A DNA stretch of 64,000 bases from the human T2T-CHM13v2.0 reference genome, Homo sapiens (GCF_009914755.1 NC_060927.1), one strand, 5' to 3'; shown: positions 13,750-29,164, counted from the first letter of the stretch. The notes: generated from the letters alone by a model not told the origin. Numbers and translations: made by a program.

Positions 13750-13915
13750 CTGCGCTGTTGGCCTCACTGTTGCTGGCTCCCTCCGTCGGGTGGTCAGAGG
13801 TCTCGTGTCTGGGCTTCTGGCTGAAGGCCAGGAAGAGGTGAGTGCTCAGTGGCTGGGGAAGGTCCACCTCCAGGTACGCCCTCATGAACAGCTTGAAGAC
13901 ATCATAGCTAATCGG
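13750..13915 (-). CDS. DGKG: DGKG coding exon 4 (PISYDVFKLFMRAYLEVDLPQPLSTHLFLAF...SEANSA)
   Basis: 166 nt, phase 0-1; acceptor CCCCTTCTCAG, donor CAG|GTACAC; DGK N-terminal domain motif FKLFMRAYLEVD. Confidence 0.97.
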
Positions 13916-15449
13916 CTGAGAAGGGGCAAAAGGGCAAAGTCAGTGGAGAGAAGCAAAGGGACAGAGAGGAAGAGAGAAGGAAAAGGAATAGAAAAGCTGG
14001 CAGGTGAAAGGAATGGAAAGGGAGGCAGTAGGACATGGAGGAGCTGATGGGGACAGGAATGAAAAGGCCAGGGAAGTGATAGACAATGAGAGGCACAGGG
14101 TGCAGGGGATGGGTGTAAGAGAGAGAAAATGTTGCAGTTGCATATTGGGGCTTGGTGGGGCACAGAACCAGGGCAGGCTCCTGTAATAAGAAATGATATT
14201 ATGTAAATTTAGATAAAAAGGGACATGTTGGAGAGTGAGCCTTGGGAGTGGAGGCCAAAGTGCAGGGCTCTGCCTTAGTCCAGGCCTGTGTGAGGGATGT
14301 GGCTCTAATGAGCAGGGACAAGATCTGTGCCCTAGAATCCTAGTTAAGATGAAGAAGGATGCAGTTGAAAATATGATGCAAAGAAATAGTTCTTCTGTGG
14401 TATCTTGGTTTCCCTCTTGTACCATGACGGATGTGATGCCTGAGTATTCAGGTCTCAGAAAGTAGGAAAGACCTGGAAGAGAAAAGAACAGGCTCCATCC
14501 TTCATGACTTTCATAGTCCTGATCTTCCCTGGAAAAACCCTCAAATAACAAGGGTGGGTGTGTGTTTCTGGCTCAGCTGCTTCTCAAAACATGTCCTTGT
14601 GAAGGTTTTAGGCACCAGGAGAAGAGCAGGAAGCCAAGGACAGAAGGTAGAACCAAGAGATGTGCCAAAAACTAGACCCTCTTCCTGCTGTGTCTCTCCC
14701 AGTGCCGCCTGGCTTCTGGTCCCAGGCTGGGAGCAGCTATGCCAGAAAGGGCTGCTGCACTCAGCAAACACTCAACAACAACAGTTTGCAGTGAGTCATC
14801 ACTGGCTTGTGCTTTGATGGCATCAGATTCTTCATCAAATCGGCAGATGCTCCTGGAAATCATTTGAGGAAGCACTACTCTGAGATCTGCTGTGCAGGCT
14901 TTTGTGAATAATAGCAGCCATGAGAATAAAATCCCTTTGCAGGAGCCTACTTGATGTACCCATCAAAATGTTGGTAGCATTTAACCCCTTGTCTGTTCTG
15001 GGAGATCTGGGAGACGTCCCAGAACCAGAGACTGGCTTACATGTGTATAAACAAGTTTGAGTTCAAAATCTTGGCCTTAAAAGCGAGTAATGGCCTCCCC
15101 ACCCCACTGAGGGGCTCACAAATAAATTTCTGTTTAGCACCAGGCTTGGCTGTTCTATCCGTCTCCTTTGCAGAGTGAAGGAAGTCTGATTCAGCTGGAC
15201 AGAGGCTCTTACCAGATTAGGGGAACTCCAAGCAAATGGTGGACTCACATTTCTTGTGACAGCTACCCATCTCTCTGTTCCTTTTCTGTCCCCGAGTCTC
15301 TGTGTCTCTTTATTTCACACTCTTTCTGTCTCTCTCTGCCTCTATAACTTCATTGCCTCAGAATGTCCCTTCCTCCCACATCCTCCTCCTTTTTCCTAAT
15401 ATACAATAACAAAATCTTTTCTTCCTCCTCTCTTTTCTTTTTTTCTTCT

Positions 15450-16012
<563 letters not shown>

Positions 16013-17025
16013 TAGCCTCCTCATCTCCTTAATCCCATTCGGATTGGATCCTAGCCCATTACCTCTGAAACTGCTTTGTTGAAGGTCACAGACATGATCA
16101 TCTCTTTTTAGACTGTCTCATCTTTGGCCTCTCTGCAACATTTCATCTTCTCTTCTTTTTAAAACTCTCTATTTTCCATGGAATTGTTCTGTTTTGGTTC
16201 TCTTCATTCTCTACTTTGATTTGACTGAATAATATGGCACTGTTCTTCATTAATTTATTTCTAAAGCTCTTTTTTGCATTGTCTCTTTGTACCACTTTAA
16301 TTGACAAGTAGTATTTTAAAAGGTAGTTTTCAGTTCCAAAGTGTACTATTAATCTCTTTCAGCTAGCATCAAATGAAAACTATCAGAATAAAATATTTCT
16401 GGAAAGCAGACTGTACTAAATGATCTAATAAAAAGAAAGTTTAGTTAAACAGTCTAACATAATGCTGTAAAAAACCAAAGCCAAAAGATCATGAAACAAG
16501 ATCAGCATGAGATTCAGGAAACCTCGTGACTGGTCTCAGACCAAGCGCATTTCTCCCCTTTTTCCAATCTGTTTCTTCTTCAGCAAATTGTGAGTGTTGA
16601 ACTAGAAGATTTCAAGTTCTAAACTTCAATTAGCTTGCTCCCTGAAAACCAGCTCCTCTTCCTGACTCCACAATTTCTGTTAATGCCAATGACACCATTA
16701 TGCTCCCAACATTACAGGCTGAGCTTTGAACTGTCAGTTGGCTGAGACTAGTTCTTGTCCCTTCCTTCTGTCCACTGTTCTTCTGCAACATCTGTCACAT
16801 CCAGACCTTTTCTATGTCCATTGTCCCTGCTGCCATCACCAAAATTCCTGGATTCTGACTTCTGTTCCATACATCTCACCTGGGCCATTGCAATACCTCT
16901 CCAAGGCTTCCTTAACCCCATGTCCATCTGTTGGTCCTCCCACCTATCTTGCCTATCCTTGCCCTATTGATCTTCCTAAAGCACAACTCTGATAAAATTG
17001 CTTCTCTTCTCAAAAACTTTCCATG

Positions 17026-17380
<355 letters not shown>

Positions 17381-18140
17381 TTACACTATACATTATAAAA
17401 TATTTGCAAAACTAAATTGGCAAGTGGAAATTAGATGAATGTAAATAGAAGGCCTAATATGCAGTGTTCTACAGTCCAGTGGACCATCCTGTGTACTCTC
17501 CTAGACCTTTGGTATTCATAGCCTCCAATAATCCCCTCCAACCTAGATTTGTAGTTACTTCAAGCTCTGAGATGATTCTCATATTCTCTCCTATTATTCC
17601 CCATGTGCGTGTATGCACTCTGTCCATGCTGACCTCTGTGTTCTTTCCTGAGCAACCCTCCATGCACTCTACCCTGCATGAACTGCTTCCATCTCTACAT
17701 GTTCAAGTTCCAGTCATGCTTTAAGGCCCAACCCGGATTCCACTTTTTCCAGAAAGCCTTATGATCGTCTGTCCCTGAATTTCCCTACTTGGCACCTTGG
17801 TTCCTGCCTTGTGACACTCATATGTGCTGCTCTGCATTGATATATAGTTGTTTGTGACAGACCTTGGTTCCTCTACTCAATCCAGAGCTCCTGGAAGTAG
17901 TGAGAATGTCTCCTTTCATCTTTGAATCCCCCACACCACCTACCACAGGGTTCTTCATAGGTATTTGAATGGATGATGTGTCCTAATCAGTGCACCTGAG
18001 GAATAGCCTGGTGCCTGGTCCCTGGATGTCATCAACTACTATGGGATCCATTCAGTCTATGTATAGATTGAATGGATATATGTATCTCCACTCACAATTT
18101 GCTGAAGAAGACACAGATTGGAAAAAGGGGGGAAATGTGC

Positions 18141-18174
<34 letters not shown>

Positions 18175-18275
18175 CATATGTATATATATATACCCACATA
18201 CATATATTTATGTGTATATATGTGTGTGTATATACCTATATCTATATCTATATCTATATCTATATATCTATATAT
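18141..18275. repeat. Compound (TA)n / (TATATC)n simple repeat
   Basis: Read directly. Confidence 0.95.
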
Positions 18276-20644
18276 CTTGAGCCTCTTAAGTGCAGGGCAC
18301 AGTACAGTGCTGGGCACCAATGAATTAGGCATGAGTCCGTATCTTCAAAGAGTCAGTGTTATATAAGAGGTAAAGATATTGAAATAATTGCAATGTGTGG
18401 TCATCAGTGGCGAGTGCCATAGGAAAAGAGCTGACAAACTGTTATGAGAACTTAGAAAATAATACTGATGGAACTCATCCAACCATGCATGTCCCCATCC
18501 TAGAGAACAGGATGCACAGAATAAACCCAGAAGCACAGAACATGCAAACCAGAAGAGTCTCAGAGGGGACTCAGTCTTCTGATGCCTCCGAGGCTCAGGA
18601 AATTCAGTGATGAGCCCCAGCGAGCTAGCAGCAGAGTGAAACCAGAAGCCAGACCTCCTGACTCCCTGTCCAGTGCTCCTGCTACTATATCTGTCACAGG
18701 GTCCAGAGCTGGCATAGTGCTCCCTGACACTCCCTCCCAGTATCCCATGTTCAGCAGGCAAAGACATGCAACGATGTGCCACACTCTCAAGGTGATATCT
18801 GGGTTATACAAAAGTTCTTTAAAAGCACAGCCCAGGAACAGAGTAGCTGCTTAGTAAATGCATGATGAGAGACTAACTAGGGAGTGGCTAGGGGTCATGC
18901 CCAAACCAGATGACCAACCACTATGAGGCATGCTGGCAATTCTCTGAGACCTGGACTAACATCCCAGGCACACTCATGGTTCAGGCCAAAGGAACTCTGT
19001 TTTTCCCCAGCAGCTTTTATGCAGGAATTAGCTGGGCAATTTGCTCCTGCTGCAACACACTTAAAGAGAGTGTGTTAATCCTTACACAGACCAAGAAGAG
19101 AGAACTAGATGGAGAGCTTAGCAGGCATCCGGCACTTTCATTCTCAAGACAGCAGTGTGGGGAAGAACTGTTACTGTCATTCTGGGGATAAAACAAATTT
19201 TGACAACATAAATAACTTGCTGAAGATCATAAAGCGTGTGGCAGAGCTGGGCTTTGTGATCAGGTGTCTGGGTCCAGGCTCACAGTGCCACCAAGCCACC
19301 TGCCTCTTTTGCTTTTCTGGGTTTTGCCCACTCTCTAGCTGTCTGCCACCACTCTATTCTCCAGAGAATCACTTGGTACTGATGGGCAAGCGCATGTTCA
19401 TCACGGCCAGATGCAGCTCTGCCACTCTGCAAAGTTTTATTCCCATCCTACCTTTGCTAGCAATCTGCCCCTTCCCACAGCTAACTCGTTTCTCATTGAG
19501 ACATTTTAGCAGCAGTAAGCCATCAAACTCAAGAGAAATTAAACCCTTCTTATTTCCCTAACCCTGTGCCATGACATTACACCTACTAGAAGTCAGCTGC
19601 ACTGTGTGAGAGAACGAAATCAGAGTGACAGAGCTCCCTGGGACCCAGCAGTGCCTGGCATTACAAAAAGTGGGGGCCAGCCCCGACAGAGGCGAGGGCG
19701 GCTGCGTGCTCATAGCAGCCAAGCGACTCCCTGCTTCTGAAAGCTCCTGTGGCCTCCACACCTGCAGTGGCCCTGACCAAACTGTTCCTCTCCCACTCAT
19801 CAGCCCCAGGGCGGACAAGCTGATTAGCAGCCGCCGCCAGGCTTTGTTCCCGTGTTTTTGGAGCTGGGGGTGGGGGGTGTGGGGCAGTGAGTTCTTTGCT
19901 GGCTCTGCTATCTTCTCTGCATGGTTTCTCCTCAGGAATGTTCTTTGAAATGGTGCATTCTCAGTCTCGCCCCTGTTCTGGCAACCTTCTTCCTGCTTCA
20001 TTCTCTCTGCAACTGGTGTATTTTATCCAAAGCCCCTTTTAGGTGTACCTTGAGGGCACAGGCTCTGTTGATTCATTTCCAGTGTCCAACGGAGAAGGTG
20101 TTGACTCAGTTTTGTTCAATGGATGACAACGTGAATAAGAAAGTGGCCAGTCTCTCCCTAAGTGAATCCTGCAGATCAGTCACTTTTCTGTGGTTAGTCT
20201 TCATAAAAGGACTCAGGAGCAGGGAAAAGGGAATTGAGTTAAAAACATTCTGGGGAAAGGGGATGGAAGAGGGATAATAATAGGTACAGATTTTTAAGTG
20301 CTTGTAGAATGTTAGCCACTTTGCAAAGATCCTCTCATTTAATTCACTCATCCACAAACTTCGAGGCTTTTTTTGTTATGTACAGTTTATAGATGAGGAA
20401 AGTGAGGCTCAAAGATATGAAATATTATTCAAGACCACTTGTTGATGGCAGAGGTAGAAGTCTAACTTAAGACCATGTAATTCCAGGGTCATGGCTTTCA
20501 AACCTGACCCTGCCAGTAGGAAGTAAGTCCTGGAGGGCAGGAACTGTGCTTCTATATTTTTATGCCTTCTACAGTGCCCAGTACAGTGCATAGAAGCCCA
20601 AGAAATGTTAGAGTCATTGAATTTGAAAGTAGGGGGAGATCTTG

Positions 20645-22330
20645 CATTCATTTATTCAGTCCACAAATGTTTATTGAATGCCTGCTATAAGCCAGATACT
20701 TTTCCAGGCACTGAAGACACAGCAGTGAACAAAAATATGCTAGTGGGAGAGACAGACAATTAATTAAGTAAATTATATAGTGTGACAGGTGGTGAGAAGT
20801 ACTTAGGAGGAAAATAATGCAGAGCAGGGGGATAGGAAATGTCAGAAAGAGGGCTTCAAGTTTTAGATGAAGAAGGTGATGATCACTGAGAAGGTGACTT
20901 GAGCATAGACTGGAAGGTGGTAAGATAATGGACAATGTGATGTGCTGAGGAGGAACATTTTAAGAAACAGTAACAGCAAGCACAATGGTGCTGAGGTTAC
21001 GGTGACACTGGCTTATTTGATAGCATCAAGAAGGCTAATATGCTGAAAAGGAATGAAGATGGGGAGAGTAGCAAGAGATGAGGTCAGAGAGCTGGGGGAG
21101 GTGCAGCTTGTAATGACCTTCATGTTTACTCTGAGTAGGGATTGGGGGAACCATGGGAGATTGTGGAGTAGAGCAGTGACAAGCTCTGACATAAGTTTTA
21201 ACGGATTGCTCAGGATGTGTGTGAAGAATAGACTGAAGCAGCAAGGGCAGAAGCAGGGAGATGAGTTAGGAGACTCTTGCAATAATCTGGGCAAAATATG
21301 GTGATGACTCAGGTCGGGATGCTAGCAGTGCAAGTGGCGAGATGTGTCTATATTTTGGATACATTTTGAAGGTAGATCTAACAGAATTTGCCAATGAATT
21401 GGATGTGGGATGTGAGAGGACAGAAGTTGATGATGACTGCATAGTTTCAGGTTGAATAACTTGAAGGGTAGAGTTGTCATTTACTGAAATGGAGTAGACT
21501 GCTGGAAAAACAGGCTTTATAGGGGAAGATTAAGGACACATCAGTTTAGCTCATGTTAAGTTTGAGATGCCCATTTGATTTTTAAGTGTAAATGTCAAGT
21601 AGAAGGATAAGAAGAAATCAGGAGAATGTAGAATGTAGTGAAGAAAATGGAGGATGACTTGACCAACCGTGTCCAGTGTTGTTGAGCAAAATTGCTATTG
21701 GATTTAGCCATAGGGAGGCCCTTGGCTATCTTGACTAGTGATTTGAGTGGAAGAGTGAAGGTTATAGACTGATGCAAGGCATTTCAAGAAAGTAGGAAAA
21801 AGAGAATTTGGAGGCAATGAGTATAGAGAAGTATTTTGTACAGTTTCGCTGTAAAACACAGGAGGGAAATGAGGTGGTACCTAGAGGAGGAAGTGGAGTC
21901 AGGAAAATGTTTTTAATATAGAAGAAATAACAGGATGTTTACATGTTGATGGAAAAATAAAATATACAAAGAAAGCTGATATGAAGGAGACAGAGGTAGA
22001 GATATAGAGAAAAGGAGGGACGAGGAGGGAGGGAAAGAGGGAGTCTGGGGAAGATATGTTGCTGAAGCAATGCCTGTAAGTAGGCCAAAAGAGGATGGGG
22101 TTGAGTGCACACGTGGGGGAGTTGGACGTAGATAGGAGCATGGAGAGGTCATCTCTGGTTATAGAAGAAAAGGTACAGATAGGTGGGCCTATGGGGTGAG
22201 GGAGCTTGTGAAAGATCTGTTCTGTTTGTTCTATTTTTTCAGTGAAGCAGAAAACTCAGTTGTTAACTGAGGATGAGGAGAGGAGGGGTGAGAGATGAGC
22301 AGAGGAGAAGTAGTGGTAGTCTTCTAGGAC
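20645..22330 (-). mobile_element. L2 LINE, long fragment
   Basis: Starts with antisense L2 3' end CATTCATTTATTCAG...TTTATTGAATGCC; internal L2 words TTTTGAAGGTAGA, GTTAAGTTTGAGATGCC. Confidence 0.8.
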
Positions 22331-22520
22331 AGTGGAATGAGTGTATGGGCTTGGGAAACATATAATGCCAGGTAGCACAAATGGCTCACTTGAGACTTAA
22401 GAGGAAACATGCTGAGGAGCAAGTTCTTCAAGGCAAGCGGAGTCTCCAAGAGGGAAACAAATTATGGAAAGGCTAAAAAACACAGGGGTTTTTAAAGGCT
22501 TAAAATGGAAATGTTCTTAC

Positions 22521-22597
22521 CTCATGTGGGTCATATTGTTTGAGGCTCCCACCCTCATTAAATTCAGTCAAGGCATCTTTTATCTTCTTGGAGGAAT
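22521..22597 (-). CDS. DGKG: DGKG coding exon 3 (Y-SSKKIKDALTEFNEGGSLKQYDPHE)
   Basis: 77 nt, phase 1-0; acceptor TGTCTCTTCAG, donor GAG|GTAAGA; translated by hand (not in ORF track). Confidence 0.97.
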
Positions 22598-22779
22598 CTG
22601 AAGAGACACAATTCACATGTGAAACACTGGCAAATAGCTAATGGAAGCTGGGCCAAGTAAATTCTCCCTGTGTAACCATGTTTATGTTGGAGCTGCCCCT
22701 CAGTCCCAGAAAATCTGGAGAAATGTCACCCTCTTCTACCCTTTGTCCTCTCACTTCTTCTTTTCCATCTGACTTCCCC

Positions 22780-23340
22780 CCTGCATCTAAATTATCTTTC
22801 TGAAACACAAATCTGATCAGATCATATCCCTACTCAAAACCATTCAAGGGCTTTCTGTTCCCCCAGGATAAAGCTTACCATTCTTAGCTTAGAAGATAAG
22901 CCCTTAACTTGGAATACCAGCCCTTGGTGATTTTATTTATCCTATTCCTCATTTCCCTATTTACTCTACGTTTCAGCCATATCAAGTTACATTTCCAGAC
23001 ATCCCTGAACATATTGTGCACTCTCTCATGATGTTTCTTCTCTGTCTTGCAAATTTCACTCATTCTTCAAGATCCAGCTCAAATGTCAACTCCTTTGTAA
23101 AGTCTTCCTTTGCACCAGTCAGAGTTAAGCATTCCCTTCATTGGCTCCCACGTGACTTGTACACAACTATGTAATAGTGCTTGTCATATAGTGTTATAAT
23201 TATTTATTAACTTGCCTATCTTGCTCATCTCCTGCTTCAGCTTTACCTTGAGAGCTGTTAACTGGCTGGTGAGTCTTTGTCTATCATACTAAGGTCTGAC
23301 GTGTAACTAGGGCTCAGAAAAACAATATGTAGATGAGTAT
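22780..23340 (+). mobile_element. L2 LINE fragment
   Basis: AAACACAAATCTGATCA, TCATTCTTCAAGATCCAGCTCAAATGTCA; approximate ends. Confidence 0.6.
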
Positions 23341-25606
23341 ATAAACATCTGAGTGAAAATTTCAAAACATTAAAAATTCATTAAGTATGTAGGATGAGTG
23401 GGCATTAAACCCCATAAGGCTCTGTCCTTGGTGCTGAAACACTGTTGTACACTATGGCAAGATAGTTTCTTCTACTTCTGGAGTCTTGACAACTCTGTCC
23501 CTTTTTTTTTTTTTTACCTGATTTTTATTTTTTATCTTGATGGATAAAATTGAGCTACTCATTCTGACACATAAAACATAACCTCAATTATGTCTCATAA
23601 TTAGCATGGTTGATTTTATGTTCCCATGGTATTTCTCACATATTTCTGACAGCCAGAAGATTTTCCTCTGAAAGTTGAGGCCTCCACCCCCCGCCATGAT
23701 TTCCCCTTAATGTTCCCTCTATGTTGCATTTACTTTGGAAGGGGATAAAGAAAGACTCAGATAATTCATCAAACATGGTGTTTTCGAAAATGCTGCTTTC
23801 CATAGGAAATCATTCAGAAGCAACTGGAGGCAAGACTGGCTGCTTCTTTTTGGAATTTTATAAAGGAATTGGGAATCCAGAAAAGAGACTCAATAATTGT
23901 TATTAAAAACACATTATGAATGCATCTTGTGCAGCTATCAGCACTCTAGACATCAAAGCAAACCAGGGTTTCTCTGACCTTGGCTATCCCTCTCTTCCAA
24001 TATTGTGGGTAATTAAGAGCTTTCCAAGCTCCATTATTGTTGCTATTTAAACATCTGAGCCAAAGGACGATGTTATTAAAAGCTCACACAGTGTTTTTTG
24101 TTGCCCAGGCTCTTTGTACAGAGGGTTAATGTCTCTTAAGCCTAGGTAAAGTAGACATATTCGTGGGCTGGGCTGTTCTCCATGGCTTTGCTGACTTGGA
24201 TTCAATCAAGCAGAAGTTCTAATCATTTCAGGATTGAGACATATTGAAATACAACAGGAAAATGCTTCTGTTGCCTAAAAATGGAAATTTCTTTCTGAAA
24301 TTCAAAACAGATGTTGAAAAACTAATAGCTCAGTAAGAGCCAGGCAGCAGATGCTGTCAATTTGGGCTGCTTCCATTCAATTCAGAAAACACTAAGGAGG
24401 GTAAGATGCGGCAAGATACTGTTAATGGACTAGTGGGAAAGATGATCTAAATAACTGTGGTACTAATAGCTGTCCCTTACTGGAGACCTTCACCTGCATA
24501 GTCTCATAAACTCTCCTCTACTAATCCATGCAAGTATTTTCTTCAGTTTACAGATGAAGAAGCTGAAATTCAGAAAAATTAATTCGACTTGCTCAAGAGC
24601 CAGGGTTGTAACTCAGGTCTAGTCTGGCTCAAAAGTGTATGGTCTTTTCCCTTGAGCATTATTCACTATAGCTTCCTAAACATTTGTTAACATAAAGAAA
24701 GGTGTAATTAAGGGTGACACAATGATATGAAGTTCTATGAAACACCAAGTTGGGAAGAAGAAAAATTAAGATGAAAGTGGGGTAGGGGTGGGAACTGAGG
24801 CTGCCCTATAAAGGAGGTAGCATTTGAGCTGAGGCATAAAGAATTGGGTAAGGTTTATAAAGGCAGATATGAAGTGGAAAGGGTATTCTCGGAAGAGACC
24901 AAGGGAGCAACGGTGCAGAGATGGGCACCATAAAACGTTTAGGACAAGTCAGAACCAGAGAGTCATTTGTGGCTAGATTTGTGGGGGTCTTGAATGTAGA
25001 GTTAAGAACATTGATTTGAAATGGTTAAAGATTTTTTTGAGTGGTGAAATAATATAACCAGCTCTCTGTTTTCTAAAGACCACTCTGGAAACAGGATGAA
25101 AGAGAAGTTAGAATGAGACCAGAGCTCAGTTAACATCACACATATATGTTATTCCACAAGCAGCTTAATTATTTAGGAAAACAAATCCTACATTTTAGAA
25201 TCTATTTTAATGGGAGGTTGTTAGCTCAGCCAAAATGGCTAAATAAAAAAAATAAAAATCTGAGAACATGAGTACCCCTGGTGTGACTTCTGCAAGAAGA
25301 GTGTAGAGTTAGCATTTTGATTGAGAACCAGTGGAGTAATTTCAATTGAATATATGATATTTTGATGTTCTCATCTCATTTTGGATATTCCACCATTCAC
25401 TGTAGCAGAATTCCTTTGATTCTAAAGAGCTGCTGCTCTATTTTAAAAATCCTGCTTTATATTTAAATGTGTGATATATATACACACATAAATTCATCAT
25501 ATGTTCGCATAAAATAAACTGAGGTTTTAATAAGAAAAAAATAGAAAAGACATTTATTTTAAAATATCTGATTAATAGCCTGAAATTAAATGGAAAAAAA
25601 AAACAC

Positions 25607-25945
<339 letters not shown>

Positions 25946-26684
25946 CTAGCTTTCCGTGAGGTGGATTACTCATCACACATTTACTTCAATTTGCTTTATG
26001 GGCTTTCATAGGATTATAGTATCAATACCCTTTAAAAAAGGGAATCAACTTAATTCTCAAATTTGGGACACATTACTTTCTCCTTGGATGTCCTTATATA
26101 CTTTATAACAGTTTTCTTCTTAATAGATGTCTGGGTTGGGTTTCTTTTTCCATGAGGAGTAAGTAGGTATTATGCATGACTAATCTGCTTCAGTGACAGC
26201 TGCTTTATTCTGTTTCATCTTAAGACAGAAAAGAACAACGAGGGAATAGCATCCCTTGGTCTTATTTTAGGTGTCATCTGTGGGTCCAATAGTATAACCT
26301 CACAGAAAATTCCTTTGTCAAAGCCTTTACCATAATACCAGCACTAGATTCAGAGGACACCTTGTTCCATTTCTGCCTGTAGAAAATAGGGCCATTTCCA
26401 CAGCTCTTTGTAACAATTCCCATTTTGTAGAGTGCTTATTATATGCTAGACGCTGTCCTAGTCACCTTATATATTTTATTTAAATCCCCACAACTACCCT
26501 CTAATGTAATAATTATCCTTATTTTAGAGAAGAAACCGAGGCTTATGGAATTTAAGTGATTCTTTCAAGGAGACAGCTCGTAAGTCACACTTCTTAAACA
26601 TTTCTAAATCATAGGCCATGGTTATTGGATTCACTGGATACTTGAACACTGGTAAGTTAGAAGCCAGGACTCTTCCTCTATGAA

Positions 26685-26838
26685 AGTGGCTCTCAAACCT
26701 GCCTGCATGTTGAAATCACCTGGGGAGCTCTATACACACTGTAACCCAGGTCTTACCCCAGGTGAATTAAGTCAGCATCTCTTGAGGAACCCAGGACACA
26801 GTATAATTTAAAAGCTTCCTGGAATTCAGATGTACAGT
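26685..26838. mobile_element. MER5-type hAT-Charlie DNA transposon relic
   Basis: AGTGGCTCTCAAAC...GAAATCACCTGGGGAGCT...GGTTGAGGACTGC. Confidence 0.7.
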
Positions 26839-27454
26839 CAAGGTTGAGGACTGCCATTCTAGGACATGATTTTATTGTTGTAAATGAAGACTGTCCTAAA
26901 AAGCCCCTGAACTTGAATACTTATTGCCAAGGGAAAAAAAAGCTTATAACTTCTAAATTTAAAATTGCTGTGCTTGGCAGACATTATCCATTGTTTAAGT
27001 GGACAACACCAAAGAACTCTACCCAACAGGTCAACTTGTTCAGCTGCTTGGCAAGGTAGGAGCATGTTTTGCATTCACCCAGACTGTCAGGACTATCCAC
27101 ATACAGTTCTGTCCTAAATCGGGTGTTCAGAAAGTTTTTCTCTTTGATCAAGGTTACCAGTGCCCTAAGAAGTTTTCAGTCCAAAATTGTCTTCTATACT
27201 TTATGTGCCAAGAACTCTGGGACCTAAACCAAGCACTGTTCCTAGTGTTTGAGCAAATTCAAAGCCTTTTAAAGGGAAAAATTTGGCCCTACACACAGAC
27301 ACCTTTGTTGCCTTGTCAGTGTGGGACAGGGGTGCGTTCCATCTGAACAAGCAGACAAATCAGAGACTTCAGTGTTTACAGCAGAATATTAGTTGTGCTG
27401 CCAGGACTAGACCCCAAAGTTTATAGTCTGTTGTCTAGTTAAGAACACAGAGTA

Positions 27455-27779
<325 letters not shown>

Positions 27780-27924
27780 ACAGAGTATTTGAGCATTAGA
27801 CCATTAAACTGTTAAACTCCGAAAAAACTATAAATCAACATTTTCAAAAGTGAATCTGAAAATCCATATATGAGAGTGGAATTCTAAGGTACATGATAAC
27901 TCTTCATTCCTCAAAGTTCTCTAT

Positions 27925-28085
27925 GAGCTTCTCAAACTGTAATGTGCGTATGAGTCACATTGGGATCTGGTAAAAATGCAGATTCTGTAGGACTGGGCCA
28001 CAGCCTGAGATTCTACATTCTGAATAAGATCCTAAGTGACACCAATTTTGCAGGTTCACGGACCTCACTTGATACGCAGGCTCTA
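27925..28085. mobile_element. MER5-type relic
   Basis: CTTCTCAAACTGTAATGTGC...AAAATGCAGATTCTG...CCTGAGATTCTACATTC. Confidence 0.65.
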
Positions 28086-28715
28086 AGCAATGTCCCTGTG
28101 GATCTGGGGCTGACTGCTGAGGCTTGCCTGTCACAACCCAGAAAAGACCACGATGCCGAGGACAAAGGAACATACTCAATGGAGTAGAAAGACCATAAGT
28201 GGTGGGCAGGGGGAGTCACTGAGATGAGGGGAAGGGAAAGTTGGCGCATGAGCAAAAAAATAAAATCTAGATTTTCCTTCTTCCAGTGAAGGCTGGGATG
28301 TAAGAATACATTTTCTAATTACTCTAGGAAGTTATACAGTGAGATGCACAAAAACAAGAGCAGAGTTTTGTGAGGGTCCTGAAAAATGTCAAAACAGAAG
28401 GGCCAGGGCCAAGAGCACTGCATCAAAAGGCCCACCTCTTCAGCCAGCTGGAGTCAGGCCTCAGAGCAGCACGTGGGAAGCACAGGGGAGAAGCCCAGCT
28501 TCATAAGCACGGATGTACTTGCTACACACATATTCTCCCATCTAAACTTTGTTTCTGCTCACTGTTCATCCCCAGCATGCAGCCCATTGCCTGGCAAAAA
28601 AAATAGATATTCAAGAAAGATCTATTGAATAAATGAAGGCTAGCAAAGGGATTGAGCTGGTCACACTTGTCCCACATGTCCTATATTCTCAGGGGTATGG
28701 AAAGAAAAGGTAGAC

Positions 28716-28893
28716 TAGTGGTTATCAACCTTGGCTGCTTATTGAAATCACTTGCAGGGCTTTAAAAAATACTGATGCCCAGGCCCCTTGCCTACAAACT
28801 GTGATTAAATGATCTGGGAGGTGTGGGCAGAACATTGGAAGTATTCCAAGCCTTCCATGTGATTTGAACATGAGCCGAGGCTGAGGACCACTG
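28716..28893. mobile_element. MER5A-type relic
   Basis: TAGTGGTTATCAACCTTGGCTGC...GGCTGAGGACCACTG terminal inverted repeats. Confidence 0.75.
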
Positions 28894-29164
28894 ACATGTG
28901 GAAGTGATGGCTCTGACACAGATGTTACATATGAAATAATAAGAAAAGACTTTATATAGAAGCAGAGGAAATTGGGGTCAATAGCAATAAAACGTTTTTT
29001 AAGACACAATTTTTTTGTCATAAATGATCTGAATCACTGGTATGACTTATTTGTGTAAGTAAAATTTGTATTGCTAGAACATTTTCTCACCTTTTCTCCA
29101 AATAATTTGGCTTCATCAGTCGTATTTCAAGTGAAGGTGGAGGAATGGATCAGACAACTTGGAC

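Noticed and set aside
13940-14551. 203-aa minus-strand ORF, the longest in the track, just upstream of exon 4
   Set aside because: Low-complexity S/P/L/F composition caused by the pyrimidine-rich intron; no recognisable domain and stops before the exon
18057-18366. Overlapping I/Y-rich ORFs
   Set aside because: Artefacts of the TA-rich simple repeat
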